Shown here in pieces: positions 49,031 to 58,138 of a stretch of DNA of 64,000 nucleotides. The notes under the pieces were generated by a model, which was not told where the DNA came from, ran no database searches, and was given only the letters and a program-made list of their open reading frames with translations. The position numbers and the translations under genes were made by a program. Position 1 is the stretch's first letter, and each line of letters opens with the position of its first letter. Source of the stretch: Paludibacteraceae bacterium (lineage in GTDB: Bacteria > Bacteroidota > Bacteroidia > Bacteroidales > Paludibacteraceae); assembly GCA_045578255.1 (NCBI GenBank), contig JAZNJW010000003.1:8282-72281 (forward strand). The letters run 5' to 3'.

Positions 49031-49336
49031 TTAGGCTTGACCGCCGCCGAAGGACATAGGGATAGTACTTCCTGGGGCAGGAGTGCCATTGATTTTGATG
49101 GTACCAAATTGCTTTTCGTATTTAGCTACATTCTCTTGCAGCGCAAAAAGCAGTTTTTTGGTATTCTCTGGTGTCATGATGATGCGCGATTGCACGTTTG
49201 CGCTCTTCTGACCAGGCATCATGCGCACGAAATCTACTACAAACTCCGATGATGAGTGTGCTACGATAGCGAGGTTAGAATAATTACCTTCAGCCACTTC
49301 GGGCGAGAGGTTGATGTTGAGTTTTTGTTCTTCCAT
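49031..49336 (-). CDS. DUF3467-family protein
   Basis: NLSPEVAEGNYSNLAIVAHSSSEFVVDFVRMMPG matches my recollection of the DUF3467 family. Confidence 0.7.
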   Translation of the reverse strand: MEEQKLNINLSPEVAEGNYSNLAIVAHSSSEFVVDFVRMMPGQKSANVQSRIIMTPENTKKLLFALQENVAKYEKQFGTIKINGTPAPGSTIPMSFGGGQA

Positions 49337-49368
49337 ATGAATGTTGTTTAGTGTTGTTTAGAGTGGTA

Positions 49369-50547
49369 TTACCAGTAGATAGGTCTTTTGCGGAAGTGTT
49401 GTGTGAACAATATCCATAACGAAATCAATGGTAATATAATATCGTACGCTACAATCTCTATGCCAAACAATCTTCCACCTAACTTATGAGCGGAGGTGTT
49501 GATTATGCAAAGTTGCATTATTAAACGTAGCCACAATAATGTGTAGGCTGCACACATTGCCCAACCGCTGCCCAAAATGAATATAGCAATAATTAATGCG
49601 TAGAATAATCCGCGAGTTAATGGCTCAATACCTAACCGTAACTTACTGCTGAACTTATAGTTGGGTGAAACGGATAGGTGTCTGCGTTTTTGGTGCATCC
49701 ATTCTTTCCAACTTGTTTTTGGAGCCGACCAAGTAATGCTATCTGGTGAACATATGATAGTGGTGTTATGGTGGTTTGTCACTTTGTTTACAAACAAATC
49801 GTCATCGCCAGCTCGTTCGCCCAGTAGTCCGCGAAAACCACTATTGCGAAAGAAAGTATCTTTTTTGTATGCAAGATTTCGTCCTACTCCCATATATGGA
49901 TGTCTAGCTGCTGCCATGCCCAAATATTGCATTCCGATGAATAGCGTATCATAATTAATTAGGCTGGTAAGCAAAGAATTTTTTGCAAAATACGCACCAT
50001 AGCCTAGCACCACTTCTGTTTGTTCATCCCTAAAACCTTGCATCATTTCTTGTATCCAATAACGCGATTGAGGACGGCAATCCGCATCGGTTAGTAATAG
50101 GTAATCGTAGTTGGCGGCTTTCACTCCGATGGTTAGCGCTAATTTTTTGCTACTGACAACGCGCGCACCTGCGGGAACGAAGGTTATATATAGGTTGTTG
50201 CATTGTTGGGCATATCGCTCTAATATAATTTGCGTGTTATCTTCCGAACTATCGTTTACCACAATGACTTCGTAGCAAGGGTAGTCTTGTGTCAGGAGTG
50301 TGTGCAGATAATCTTGTAGATTAGTTTGTTCATTGCGTGCGCAGACGATAACGCTCACTTTTGGCAATTCCCTATTAGGCATTAACGACCTATTTTTGTT
50401 CTTACGACACCAACGATTCACCTTCGTCATATAGCGAAGATAAAAATAGCACTGATGCACCATGACAATTAATAATGCACCCAGCAAGCAATGATCGAGA
50501 TATGTCAAAAAGGGAAGAGGAAACATTTTATGGAATAGCAGAGTCAA
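49369..50547 (-). CDS. Membrane-bound family-2 glycosyltransferase
   Basis: VSVIVCARNEQTNL...EVIVVNDSSEDNT, LLLTDADC and QKRRH, with TM helices at both ends. An alternative start at 50526 would remove the overlap with the upstream gene. Confidence 0.85.
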   Translation of the reverse strand: MTLLFHKMFPLPFLTYLDHCLLGALLIVMVHQCYFYLRYMTKVNRWCRKNKNRSLMPNRELPKVSVIVCARNEQTNLQDYLHTLLTQDYPCYEVIVVNDSSEDNTQIILERYAQQCNNLYITFVPAGARVVSSKKLALTIGVKAANYDYLLLTDADCRPQSRYWIQEMMQGFRDEQTEVVLGYGAYFAKNSLLTSLINYDTLFIGMQYLGMAAARHPYMGVGRNLAYKKDTFFRNSGFRGLLGERAGDDDLFVNKVTNHHNTTIICSPDSITWSAPKTSWKEWMHQKRRHLSVSPNYKFSSKLRLGIEPLTRGLFYALIIAIFILGSGWAMCAAYTLLWLRLIMQLCIINTSAHKLGGRLFGIEIVAYDIILPLISLWILFTQHFRKRPIYW

Positions 50548-51262
50548 TAAGGTATCGATTGAATATGCGTATTTTGCTTTTTTTCAATTCTTTGAGTGCT
50601 ATTTTGCATACTTCTTGTGAGCCCGCTTCTGTGAGATTATACTCAATTCGTGCAGGTGAGTCTGATACATGCATGAAGTATTTTTTAGCTTCATCTTCTC
50701 CGATTTCTTTCAACCACTGATAGGTTGCACGATGGAGATCTAATAGTGGAATATTTTTCGCTTTGGCTACGCGGCGAATAGATTCAGGATAACTGCCCAT
50801 GCGATCAACCAACTCACCTTGGCGGTAAAAAGGTTGTGCCAAAGGAGTGGCAAGCACCACTTTGAGCTCTTTTTTGGATAGAAAATCAAGAATCTTAATC
50901 AATTTTTCAACCATTTCTTCAGTGGAATAATACATATTGCTGCGATCCATGCGCATATCATTCTGCCCAATCTGGAGCAATACAATATCATCGGGATTAC
51001 TACTAGCCAGGATTTTTGCCAAACGCTTATCCACCAACGTGTGTGTGCTCTCACCCGCCTTGGCATGATTTTCTACGTCCACCTTGCTCGTGACGCATTG
51101 AGCGAATGCTCCACCCCAACCATAGGAATCTAAAGACGCTACACTATGAGATGCCAAAGTGGCATCACCAATTAAATAAATCTTGGTCTTCGCCTCGCAT
51201 AACAGGGAAAGGCTCAGTAATACAGATAAACAAAGGAAAATCTTTTTCATAGCGATACTCAT
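50528..51262 (-). CDS. SGNH/GDSL-fold (rhamnogalacturonan-acetylesterase-like) exported protein with substituted catalytic residues
   Basis: Signal peptide. Block I reads IYLIGDATLA, with Ala where the nucleophile Ser is expected. Block II AGES and block III IGQND are present. The block V region reads IEYNLTEAG instead of D..H. The real start may be MKKIF at 51250. Confidence 0.65.
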   Translation of the reverse strand: MSIAMKKIFLCLSVLLSLSLLCEAKTKIYLIGDATLASHSVASLDSYGWGGAFAQCVTSKVDVENHAKAGESTHTLVDKRLAKILASSNPDDIVLLQIGQNDMRMDRSNMYYSTEEMVEKLIKILDFLSKKELKVVLATPLAQPFYRQGELVDRMGSYPESIRRVAKAKNIPLLDLHRATYQWLKEIGEDEAKKYFMHVSDSPARIEYNLTEAGSQEVCKIALKELKKSKIRIFNRYLIDSAIP

Positions 51263-51284
51263 TTAAATATTTCGACTACTGTTG

Positions 51285-52247
51285 TTATTCTTCATACACT
51301 AAACAAATGTTATCCACCCAAAAAGCGTTGTTTTCGTGGCCAACAAACGCTTCCATTTTGCCAGATGTAACCACGATTACCATATGGGTTGGTTCTAAAG
51401 AACCATCCCACCCCTCTTCTTGAATAGGAGTGATTTTTCCGCGTGAGTTCATAGCACGCTGCATGCCTTTGAACCCCATATAGTCTTTGTACCAAGTCGC
51501 GGTTGTAATGTCACCATAATGGATGGGCACGCGGTGAGCATTTACCCATTCCTCTTGTGACTTCGAGAAGCGCTCATAACCTGTACCCACTCGGATTGAG
51601 TGTATCTTGCCTTTCTCATCTTCCCAACGATGTTGCAGATAGATATATACTTCGGCCTCATCTATGTCGCCATTCTCTAATTCTTTTTTCTTGGGCTTTG
51701 CCATGCCTTTTGCATACCATACCCAATGCTCTTGTTCGATGATGCATTTATAGTCGAACATCAGTGCCGATGGGCGTTTTGTAAACGGAACGCCAAAGTC
51801 GATATTTTGATATGGGTCTGCTGCGGTAGTGATAGGTTCTATGTTGCGACCAGTGAATAGCGTGCCAGCTACAAGTACTTGGATATCAATCATTCCCATT
51901 ACTCTTACTCCTAACATGTCTACGTCTAATCGACAGCATGTTCCACCATCGCTGCGTGCTTCGGGTGACATCGTGCCCGCTGCCTTCTCAATGCCAATTA
52001 CATTTGCATAGGCATTGCTAGTGGACCAAGGATTACCATGTTGCCCAAAAATATATGGAGCGTTTTTATGAATCGTGTCAGTAGGGTCAAGACAATATAG
52101 GGTTTTGGTGTTGCCTCCCAAAAGTTTGGATTCTTGGATATATCGTACAGTCCATTGTTCCATGTCACCGAACGGAATAGGTTCGATACGTTCCGCCAGT
52201 AGGCACAATGGCCAGCAGAGTAATGGTAAAAAAAGTATTTTTTTCAT
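51285..52247 (-). CDS. Hypothetical exported protein
   Basis: Signal peptide MKKILFLPLLCWPLCLLA. No motif I can name with confidence. Confidence 0.55.
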   Translation of the reverse strand: MKKILFLPLLCWPLCLLAERIEPIPFGDMEQWTVRYIQESKLLGGNTKTLYCLDPTDTIHKNAPYIFGQHGNPWSTSNAYANVIGIEKAAGTMSPEARSDGGTCCRLDVDMLGVRVMGMIDIQVLVAGTLFTGRNIEPITTAADPYQNIDFGVPFTKRPSALMFDYKCIIEQEHWVWYAKGMAKPKKKELENGDIDEAEVYIYLQHRWEDEKGKIHSIRVGTGYERFSKSQEEWVNAHRVPIHYGDITTATWYKDYMGFKGMQRAMNSRGKITPIQEEGWDGSLEPTHMVIVVTSGKMEAFVGHENNAFWVDNICLVYEE

Positions 52248-52325
52248 GTTATATTTTCTCTTATGCTCTTATTGACTTTTTACGCCCTGAAGAGGCGTTC
52301 TAACATCTTTATGGTAAAAAACGTG

Positions 52326-52333
52326 CAAAGGTA
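52326..52333 (-). promoter_or_regulatory. -7 box (minus strand) for the 52247-49031 gene run
   Basis: CAAAGGTA followed by T8. Confidence 0.5.
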
Positions 52334-52415
52334 CGATTTTTTTTGCAAATTTCCAAATGCTAGTGAGAAATGCTATCAAAAATTCGTAATATTTGCAAAT
52401 ATACTTTTTTTTTAC

Positions 52416-52423
52416 TACCTTTG
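52416..52423 (+). promoter_or_regulatory. -7 box TACCTTTG for the small T9SS-cargo gene / aroC
   Basis: Exact TAnnTTTG match, preceded by T9. Confidence 0.55.
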
Positions 52424-52471
52424 CAGCATGAATTGTATAATGTCGTATCATATCCAAACTATTTTTTTGCG

Positions 52472-52927
52472 ATGAAAGTCGGAATAACTTTAATTGTTGC
52501 TATTGTGTATTCCATGCAAATGGTTGCTGCTAATCTTGTTGTTCAGACAAATAATAATGCCCAACAGTTGCATGATGTAGCTCTTATCGGGAAATGGGTG
52601 TTTGAAGGTGATGAATTGCAGTTGTTTGACAAAGCTGGTTATCTGCTCGCTTCGGAGCAGATAGCACATATACGCAAGATTACTTTTTCTACATCCTCTC
52701 CAAGTGCGATTGAAGATGTGGAAAAAAATAGTATTTTGGTATATCCGAACCCTACACAAGATGTACTTTTTGTAGAAGGTGCGGAAGCGTTCCCTTTGCG
52801 TGTATACGATATGCAGGGACGCTTGCTGCAAGAGGGAAATGGAAATCACGTTCAAGTATCAGAATTGTCTTCAGGTACCTATTTGTTGCAAATCGGCACA
52901 CAAATTGTACGATTTATTAAACGATGA
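52472..52927 (+). CDS. Small secreted protein with T9SS type-A sorting domain
   Basis: Starts at MKVGITLIVAIV. The ORF-track start at 52370 lies upstream of the promoter. C-terminus ILVYPNPTQDVLFVEG...LSSGTYLLQI is a classic Por_Secre_tail. Confidence 0.8.
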   Translation: MKVGITLIVAIVYSMQMVAANLVVQTNNNAQQLHDVALIGKWVFEGDELQLFDKAGYLLASEQIAHIRKITFSTSSPSAIEDVEKNSILVYPNPTQDVLFVEGAEAFPLRVYDMQGRLLQEGNGNHVQVSELSSGTYLLQIGTQIVRFIKR

Positions 52928-53994
52928 ATACTTTTGGCACATATTTCTCTTTCACTTCTTTTGGAGAGTCGCATGGTAGAGCAATTGGTGGTGTGCTGGA
53001 TGGTGTGCCTGCTGGATTGCGTATCGATATGCAGATGATTCGCCACGAGTTAGACCGCAGAGCAGGGCGAATAGACGATGAGGCGAACGGCGAAAGGGGA
53101 GAGACAGGTGTATCACCTCGAGCTCTGCGCGAGACAGATGAAGTGGAATGGTTGAGTGGTGTGCTTGATGGTGTGACACTTGGTACGCCAATAGCTTTTA
53201 TTATTCGCAACAAGGATGCGCGCCCTGAGGACTATGAGTGGCTAAAACATTCTTATCGCATCGGACATGCTGATCGGACGTATCAAGAGAAATATGGTAT
53301 CCGTGACCACAGAGGTGGCGGTCGTGCTTCTGCGCGTGAGACGGCTTCGCGTGTGGTGGCAGGTGCGATAGCTAAACAAATCCTTGCTAAACAAAATATA
53401 CATATCCATGCCCAACTTGTTCAAGTGGGTGATAAGACCAATTCATCTGATTTTGAAGAGTATATATGCAAAGTACGCCAAGATGGCGATAGTATAGGCG
53501 GCATAGTGGAATGTACTATTATGGGATTGCCTGTTGGTGTAGGCGAACCCATCTTTGACAAGTTACAAGCACATTTGGCCTTTGCTATGATGAGTATTAA
53601 TGCTTGCAAAGGTTTTGAGTATGGTTCGGGATTTGATAATGTTGGGATGAGAGGCAGTGATATGTATTTGTCGGGTGATTCTGTACTAATCTCTGGCGGT
53701 ATAGCTGGGGGCATTTCCGATGGCACGCCTATTGTTTTTCGTTGTGTGTTCAAACCCACAGCATCATCGCCAAAGACCTTAATAGCTGCGTTGACTGATG
53801 TAGTTGCTGAAAATAAACTGAATATAGGAGAGAATGAAGGTGATGAGTATTCGCTATCGCGGAGCGATAGTTCTTGTACGAAATTACCGAATGCGGGGCG
53901 TCATGACGCCTGTGTGGCAGTGCGTGCAGTGGCAGTGGTAGAAGCTATGACAGCCCTAGTTTTGATGAATGAGATAGATATCAACAAACATTAA
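52924..53994 (+). CDS. aroC: Chorismate synthase with two in-frame expansions
   Basis: SFGESHG, GHADRTYQEKYGIRDHRGGGRASARET and GRHDACV motifs. Confidence 0.92.
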   Translation: MNTFGTYFSFTSFGESHGRAIGGVLDGVPAGLRIDMQMIRHELDRRAGRIDDEANGERGETGVSPRALRETDEVEWLSGVLDGVTLGTPIAFIIRNKDARPEDYEWLKHSYRIGHADRTYQEKYGIRDHRGGGRASARETASRVVAGAIAKQILAKQNIHIHAQLVQVGDKTNSSDFEEYICKVRQDGDSIGGIVECTIMGLPVGVGEPIFDKLQAHLAFAMMSINACKGFEYGSGFDNVGMRGSDMYLSGDSVLISGGIAGGISDGTPIVFRCVFKPTASSPKTLIAALTDVVAENKLNIGENEGDEYSLSRSDSSCTKLPNAGRHDACVAVRAVAVVEAMTALVLMNEIDINKH

Positions 53995-54029
53995 TAATAG
54001 AAGGATTTGCATATGTGCAGATTTTTTTG

Positions 54030-54037
54030 TACCTTTG
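54030..54037 (+). promoter_or_regulatory. -7 box TACCTTTG for the ABC ATPase / ruvB operon
   Basis: Exact match, 25 nt upstream of the ATG at 54062. Confidence 0.6.
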
Positions 54038-54061
54038 CACCAGATTTGTTCATAAATAAAT

Positions 54062-54787
54062 ATGGCAACTGAAATATCCCACTTGAATAAGCATATTGGT
54101 AAGCAACATGTGCTGAAAGATATATGTCTTTCTATCGCTGATGGAGAGATTGTTGGGTTGTTGGGTCCCAATGGGGCAGGCAAATCCACCTTGATGAAAA
54201 TCTTAGTGGGGGTATGGGATGCAGACTCATCGCAACACTCCCTTGGAGGGAGTGATTCTCTCTCTCCTGATGAGGAGGTTAGGTGGGGGATAAATGTGCC
54301 CGAATCTATTGGATATCTCCCCGAGCAAAATCCGTTATACGAGGATATGTACGTGCGTGAGTACCTGCACTTTTTCGTAGGACTTCGCATTAATAGCCAA
54401 TTGCCGATATCTCATAGTCAATTGGTCGAAGACCTTATCATGCGCGTCGGCTTGACGGCAGAAGCTAACAAAAAGATTAGACAACTCAGCAAAGGTTATC
54501 GCCAGCGTGTGGGCTTGGCGCAAGCGATGATTGGTAATCCTGAACTTTTGATTTTAGATGAACCAACCACAGGTCTTGACCCTAATCAATTGGAAGATAT
54601 ACGTGCGTTAATTCGTGAGATGGGAGAGCAGCGCACCATTATTCTATCTACTCATATCTTGCAGGAAGTCAAGCAGATGTGTACGCGAGTTATTATTATT
54701 GACCATGGTGAGATCAAGGTGGACAAACCTATACCAGAGATAGAAAATCTAGAGGAAACTTTTAAGCAAGCGACAAACAATGAATGA
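54062..54787 (+). CDS. ABC transporter ATP-binding protein (ABC-2 / GldA-like)
   Basis: Walker [11 protein letters not shown]-loop IGYLPEQ, signature LSKGYRQR, Walker B LLILDEPT and H-loop STHIL. Confidence 0.85.
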   Translation: MATEISHLNKHIGKQHVLKDICLSIADGEIVGLLGPNGAGKSTLMKILVGVWDADSSQHSLGGSDSLSPDEEVRWGINVPESIGYLPEQNPLYEDMYVREYLHFFVGLRINSQLPISHSQLVEDLIMRVGLTAEANKKIRQLSKGYRQRVGLAQAMIGNPELLILDEPTTGLDPNQLEDIRALIREMGEQRTIILSTHILQEVKQMCTRVIIIDHGEIKVDKPIPEIENLEETFKQATNNE

Positions 54788-55799
54788 GAATTTTGATATT
54801 AGGGGACAGATGACCGAGAAGGAGCAAGACAATGCCTTGCGTCCTTTGCGTTTTGATGATTTTGCGGGACAGTCCAAGATTGTCAGCAACTTGCGTATTT
54901 TTGTAGAAGCAGCGCGCATGCGTGGTGAGTCGCTTGACCATGTGCTCCTTTTTGGCCCTCCAGGCTTGGGTAAAACGACGCTCAGCAATATCATTGCCAA
55001 CGAATTGGGGGTAGGGTTTAAGGTTACTTCAGGTCCTGTGCTCGATAAACCAGGCGACTTGGCGGGACTGCTTACTTCACTTGAAGAAAACGATGTGCTC
55101 TTCATTGATGAGATTCACCGCCTTTCGTCCATTGTGGAGGAATATTTATATTCTGCGATGGAAGACTATCGTATTGATATTATGATAGATAAGGGACCTT
55201 CTGCCCGCACGATACAAATCGACCTTAACAAGTTCACGCTCATTGGTGCCACCACTCGAAGCGGTCTGCTGACCAGTCCATTGCGTGCGCGTTTTGGTAT
55301 CAATTGCCACTTAGAATACTATGATGCACATATCCTTGCTGGGATTGTGGAGCGTAGTGCACGCCTCTTGGGTATCCATATCGACAGCAAAGCGGCAGCC
55401 GAGATTGCACGCCGCAGTCGTGGTACCCCTCGTATTGCCAATGCGCTATTACGCCGAGTTCGTGACTTTGCACAAGTGAAGGGCAACGGAGCCATTGATT
55501 TGGAGATTGCACGCTATGCTTTGGAGGCATTGAATATCGATACCTTCGGTTTGGATGAGATTGATAATAAGTTACTTAGCACGATTATTGATAAGTTCAA
55601 AGGTGGTCCTGTGGGCTTGAATACCATTGCTACTGCTATGGGTGAAGATGCAGGTACGATAGAGGATGTCTATGAGCCATACCTCATCAAAGAGGGCTTT
55701 ATCAAGCGCACTCCTCGTGGCCGTGAGGCGACCGAGTTGGCATATAAACACCTCGGTAAAACGCCACTTATCAATGGTCAAATCACATTGGAGTTCTAA
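54780..55799 (+). CDS. ruvB: Holliday junction branch migration helicase RuvB
   Basis: [30 protein letters not shown] and [17 protein letters not shown]. Confidence 0.97.
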   Translation: MNENFDIRGQMTEKEQDNALRPLRFDDFAGQSKIVSNLRIFVEAARMRGESLDHVLLFGPPGLGKTTLSNIIANELGVGFKVTSGPVLDKPGDLAGLLTSLEENDVLFIDEIHRLSSIVEEYLYSAMEDYRIDIMIDKGPSARTIQIDLNKFTLIGATTRSGLLTSPLRARFGINCHLEYYDAHILAGIVERSARLLGIHIDSKAAAEIARRSRGTPRIANALLRRVRDFAQVKGNGAIDLEIARYALEALNIDTFGLDEIDNKLLSTIIDKFKGGPVGLNTIATAMGEDAGTIEDVYEPYLIKEGFIKRTPRGREATELAYKHLGKTPLINGQITLEF

Positions 55800-55800
55800 C

Positions 55801-56541
55801 ATGAAGCAGTACAAAGCAGTCTTTATCGACTGGGATGATACAATAGGGGATTTTGTTGGTGCCGCGAAGCGAGCACTCCAAGAGATGTACGACAAGTACA
55901 AGTTAAGTGACTATTTTGCTTCGCATGAGGAGTTCGTGTCGCTCTACAAACCGCATAATATTGAATTGTGGGATAAATATGGTAAGGACTTAGTAACCAA
56001 AGCATTTTTGCGTGTGGATCGCTTCTTATATCCCTTGCTACACGGCACTAAGGTTGCTTCACAAATACAATCCTACACCGCACTTTCTGCTCTTGCGGAG
56101 CAGATGAGCGAGGACTTTTTGAATTTGACAACGAAATACTTCTCCTTATTGCCTGGAGCAGAGGAGTTGGTGCGTTACTTGGCGAAGAAATATCCGCTGA
56201 CGGTAGTGACCAACGGCTTTATAGAAGTGCAGTACGAGAAGTTTGATAAGAGTGGACTGCGCAACTGCTTCTCGCATATCGTGTTGAGCGAGGAAGTGGG
56301 TTGCCAGAAACCTAATCCACGCATTTATGAGGAGGCACTACGTATGAATGGTGTATCGGCAGCAGAAGCTGTCATGATAGGCGACTCATGGAACTCCGAT
56401 ATTCAAGGGGCTATCAATGCTGGCATTGACCAAATCTGGATTAGAAAGAACAAAGAGCAAGGAACCAAGAGCCAAGACACAACAGAACAGACTGCCACCT
56501 ATATTCTCCAATCGCTCTCCGAAGTGATGGAGATATTATAA
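55801..56541 (+). CDS. HAD-superfamily hydrolase (YjjG-like nucleotidase type)
   Basis: The ATG at 55801 gives MKQYKAVFIDWDDTIGDF (DxD motif). Later motifs VVTNG and IGDSWNSDIQGA. The ORF-track start at 55666 lies inside ruvB. Confidence 0.8.
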   Translation: MKQYKAVFIDWDDTIGDFVGAAKRALQEMYDKYKLSDYFASHEEFVSLYKPHNIELWDKYGKDLVTKAFLRVDRFLYPLLHGTKVASQIQSYTALSALAEQMSEDFLNLTTKYFSLLPGAEELVRYLAKKYPLTVVTNGFIEVQYEKFDKSGLRNCFSHIVLSEEVGCQKPNPRIYEEALRMNGVSAAEAVMIGDSWNSDIQGAINAGIDQIWIRKNKEQGTKSQDTTEQTATYILQSLSEVMEIL

Positions 56542-56554
56542 GTTACCTGAGAAA

Positions 56555-56601
56555 AACAATTCCCCTGCAAGTCGATGATTTGCAGGGGAGTTGTTGTTTT
56601 T
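56555..56601. terminator. Terminator between the convergent HAD hydrolase and lipoprotein genes
   Basis: 16-bp stem AACAATTCCCCTGCAA / TTGCAGGGGAGTTGTT with one mismatch, followed by GTTTTT. Confidence 0.8.
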
Positions 56602-56633
56602 GAGATTTATTTGTGTTAAGTAAGTATGCAAGT

Positions 56634-57323
56634 TTAATTCATAGATTCTAATTCTTTAATTTTAGCCAATAATGCATCTTTGTCTGCTTCTTCTAGAATC
56701 TTGTCTATAAATTCAACATATCCTGCGTAAGGCATTTCATCTGCCTCATATACTTTTATAATTTCATTAAAATCTTTATCCATAATAAATATATTCTCTC
56801 CAAGAGCAATATGTCCTCCTCTTGTATTACATCTATATTTATGCTTAACTTTCCAACCGGATAATTCATTTATTGGATTTTGTTCTATATCTTCTTTTAT
56901 ACAAAGAATATTATACATACAAACCAGCGTTTCTCTTAATGCATAATTAAGTGCTGCTTGATTCTTTTCGTATCTTTCTTTGGCTTCATTATATTGATAC
57001 GTGCCGTAGGAAGAAGAGAAATGACGATTCATTGAAGATGCAAACTCCATATCTTCTTTTGCATCTTCTACATCTTTGTTTAGTTCCTCGATTTGCATTC
57101 CATACTTTATACCTGTTTCTGCATATTCAAGCACTTCTTCATCTATATATAAATCAGGTTTTAAAGTATCTATAATAGTTTTAGTCGGTTCGTAACTCTT
57201 AAAATCATATAAACTCTCAAACATATACTGCTTGATAAGTTTATTTGCTTTTTGTTCATTGGAGGCGCATGATACCATAAACAACGCAATAGCGCAAATG
57301 AAATAATAGAAAATCTTTTTCAT
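56634..57323 (-). CDS. Hypothetical lipoprotein, AT-rich singleton
   Basis: Lipobox LFMVSCAS. Composition resembles the 43-47 kb island. Has its own promoter and terminator. Confidence 0.6.
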   Translation of the reverse strand: MKKIFYYFICAIALFMVSCASNEQKANKLIKQYMFESLYDFKSYEPTKTIIDTLKPDLYIDEEVLEYAETGIKYGMQIEELNKDVEDAKEDMEFASSMNRHFSSSYGTYQYNEAKERYEKNQAALNYALRETLVCMYNILCIKEDIEQNPINELSGWKVKHKYRCNTRGGHIALGENIFIMDKDFNEIIKVYEADEMPYAGYVEFIDKILEEADKDALLAKIKELESMN

Positions 57324-57360
57324 GATAATATGGGGATAGAGTTTGTTTTTTGTTGGTCCG

Positions 57361-57368
57361 CAAAGGTA
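57361..57368 (-). promoter_or_regulatory. -7 box (minus strand) for the AT-rich lipoprotein gene
   Basis: CAAAGGTA lies about 40 nt upstream of the start at 57323. Confidence 0.5.
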
Positions 57369-57418
57369 CTACTTTTCTGGGAAATATACAAATAAAATTG
57401 CATTTTGGTGTGATTTAA

Positions 57419-57763
57419 TTATTTAGAGGAGTGAATCAATGAGCCGATGATGAAACCGCGGAGAGTGGTGTATGGCTTTGGGTAGGAGGTTGGATAACGA
57501 TCAGCTTTCTTGCGGTAGGTAGCAAATTTCTCCTCCCATTCGGTGCGGAGTTCGGGGGTGTTCAAAATGACCGTAGTCTGGTTGACAGCGTCCTTGAAAG
57601 CGGTGATAGTGCGTTGACGTTCAGGAGCCACAGGACCTTTATACGGATGTTTGACTACATAAGCGTGAGTGCGACCATTGCGAGTGCGCATGACAATCTT
57701 ATCGTTTGAGGCGAGTTTGCCAGAGATAGAGTCAAAAGGATGAGAGAGTGTGGTACGTGCCAT
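57419..57763 (-). CDS. Hypothetical basic 114-aa protein
   Basis: Clean ORF with its own -7 box. No recognisable motif. Confidence 0.5.
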   Translation of the reverse strand: MARTTLSHPFDSISGKLASNDKIVMRTRNGRTHAYVVKHPYKGPVAPERQRTITAFKDAVNQTTVILNTPELRTEWEEKFATYRKKADRYPTSYPKPYTTLRGFIIGSLIHSSK

Positions 57764-57797
57764 GGTAATGTTGATTATGAATTTTGAATTATGAGGG

Positions 57798-57805
57798 CAA
57801 AGGTA
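57798..57805 (-). promoter_or_regulatory. -7 box (minus strand) for the 114-aa ORF
   Basis: CAAAGGTA lies about 35 nt upstream of the start at 57763. Confidence 0.5.
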
Positions 57806-57914
57806 GTGAAAAATTGTGAGATGGCAAAATAATTTGAGGTATATTTTTGTTTTTTAGTAGAAATATCGTAATTATATGATATATACGATGTTCCTACAGT
57901 ATACATATACTAAT

Positions 57915-57967
57915 CTACCGTATATCTACCGTGTATGTACCGTATATCTACCGTATATCTACCGTAG
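57915..57967. repeat. 11-bp tandem repeat CTACCGTATAT x5 (degenerate) upstream of grpE
   Basis: ctaccgtatat ctaccgtgtat gtaccgtatat ctaccgtatat ctaccgtag. Confidence 0.9.
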
Positions 57968-58090
57968 TTGATGGCGGGAAGATAAGTGTAAATTATGAAC
58001 TATAAGTGATTAGTGATAAACTTTGCTGTGTGCGCAAGCTGCAAGTGGTGGGTTATGATTAATCTGCCATAATGGCAGTCGGAAGGGCTA

Positions 58091-58106
58091 TGGCACGGAG
58101 ATTGTA
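58091..58106 (+). promoter_or_regulatory. Sigma-54-like -24/-12 element (TGGCACG-N4-TTGTA), weak candidate upstream of grpE-dnaJ
   Basis: The GG is at the correct spacing, but the -12 GC reads GT. Lies 33 nt upstream of the grpE ATG. Confidence 0.2.
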
Positions 58107-58138
58107 AGTATAGTATTACGAAGTAATAAAATTAGACT

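Noticed and set aside
54200-54310. Apparent low-complexity insertion (..[24 protein letters not shown]..) in the ABC ATPase
   Set aside because: The distance between Walker A (GKST) and the Q-loop (IGYLPEQ) is about the canonical length. This is a divergent segment rather than an insertion.
58020-58138. CIRCE/HrcA operator upstream of grpE
   Set aside because: No TTAGCACTC-N9-GAGTGCTAA-like inverted repeat is present. Only a short hairpin (CTGCCATAATGGCAG) was found.
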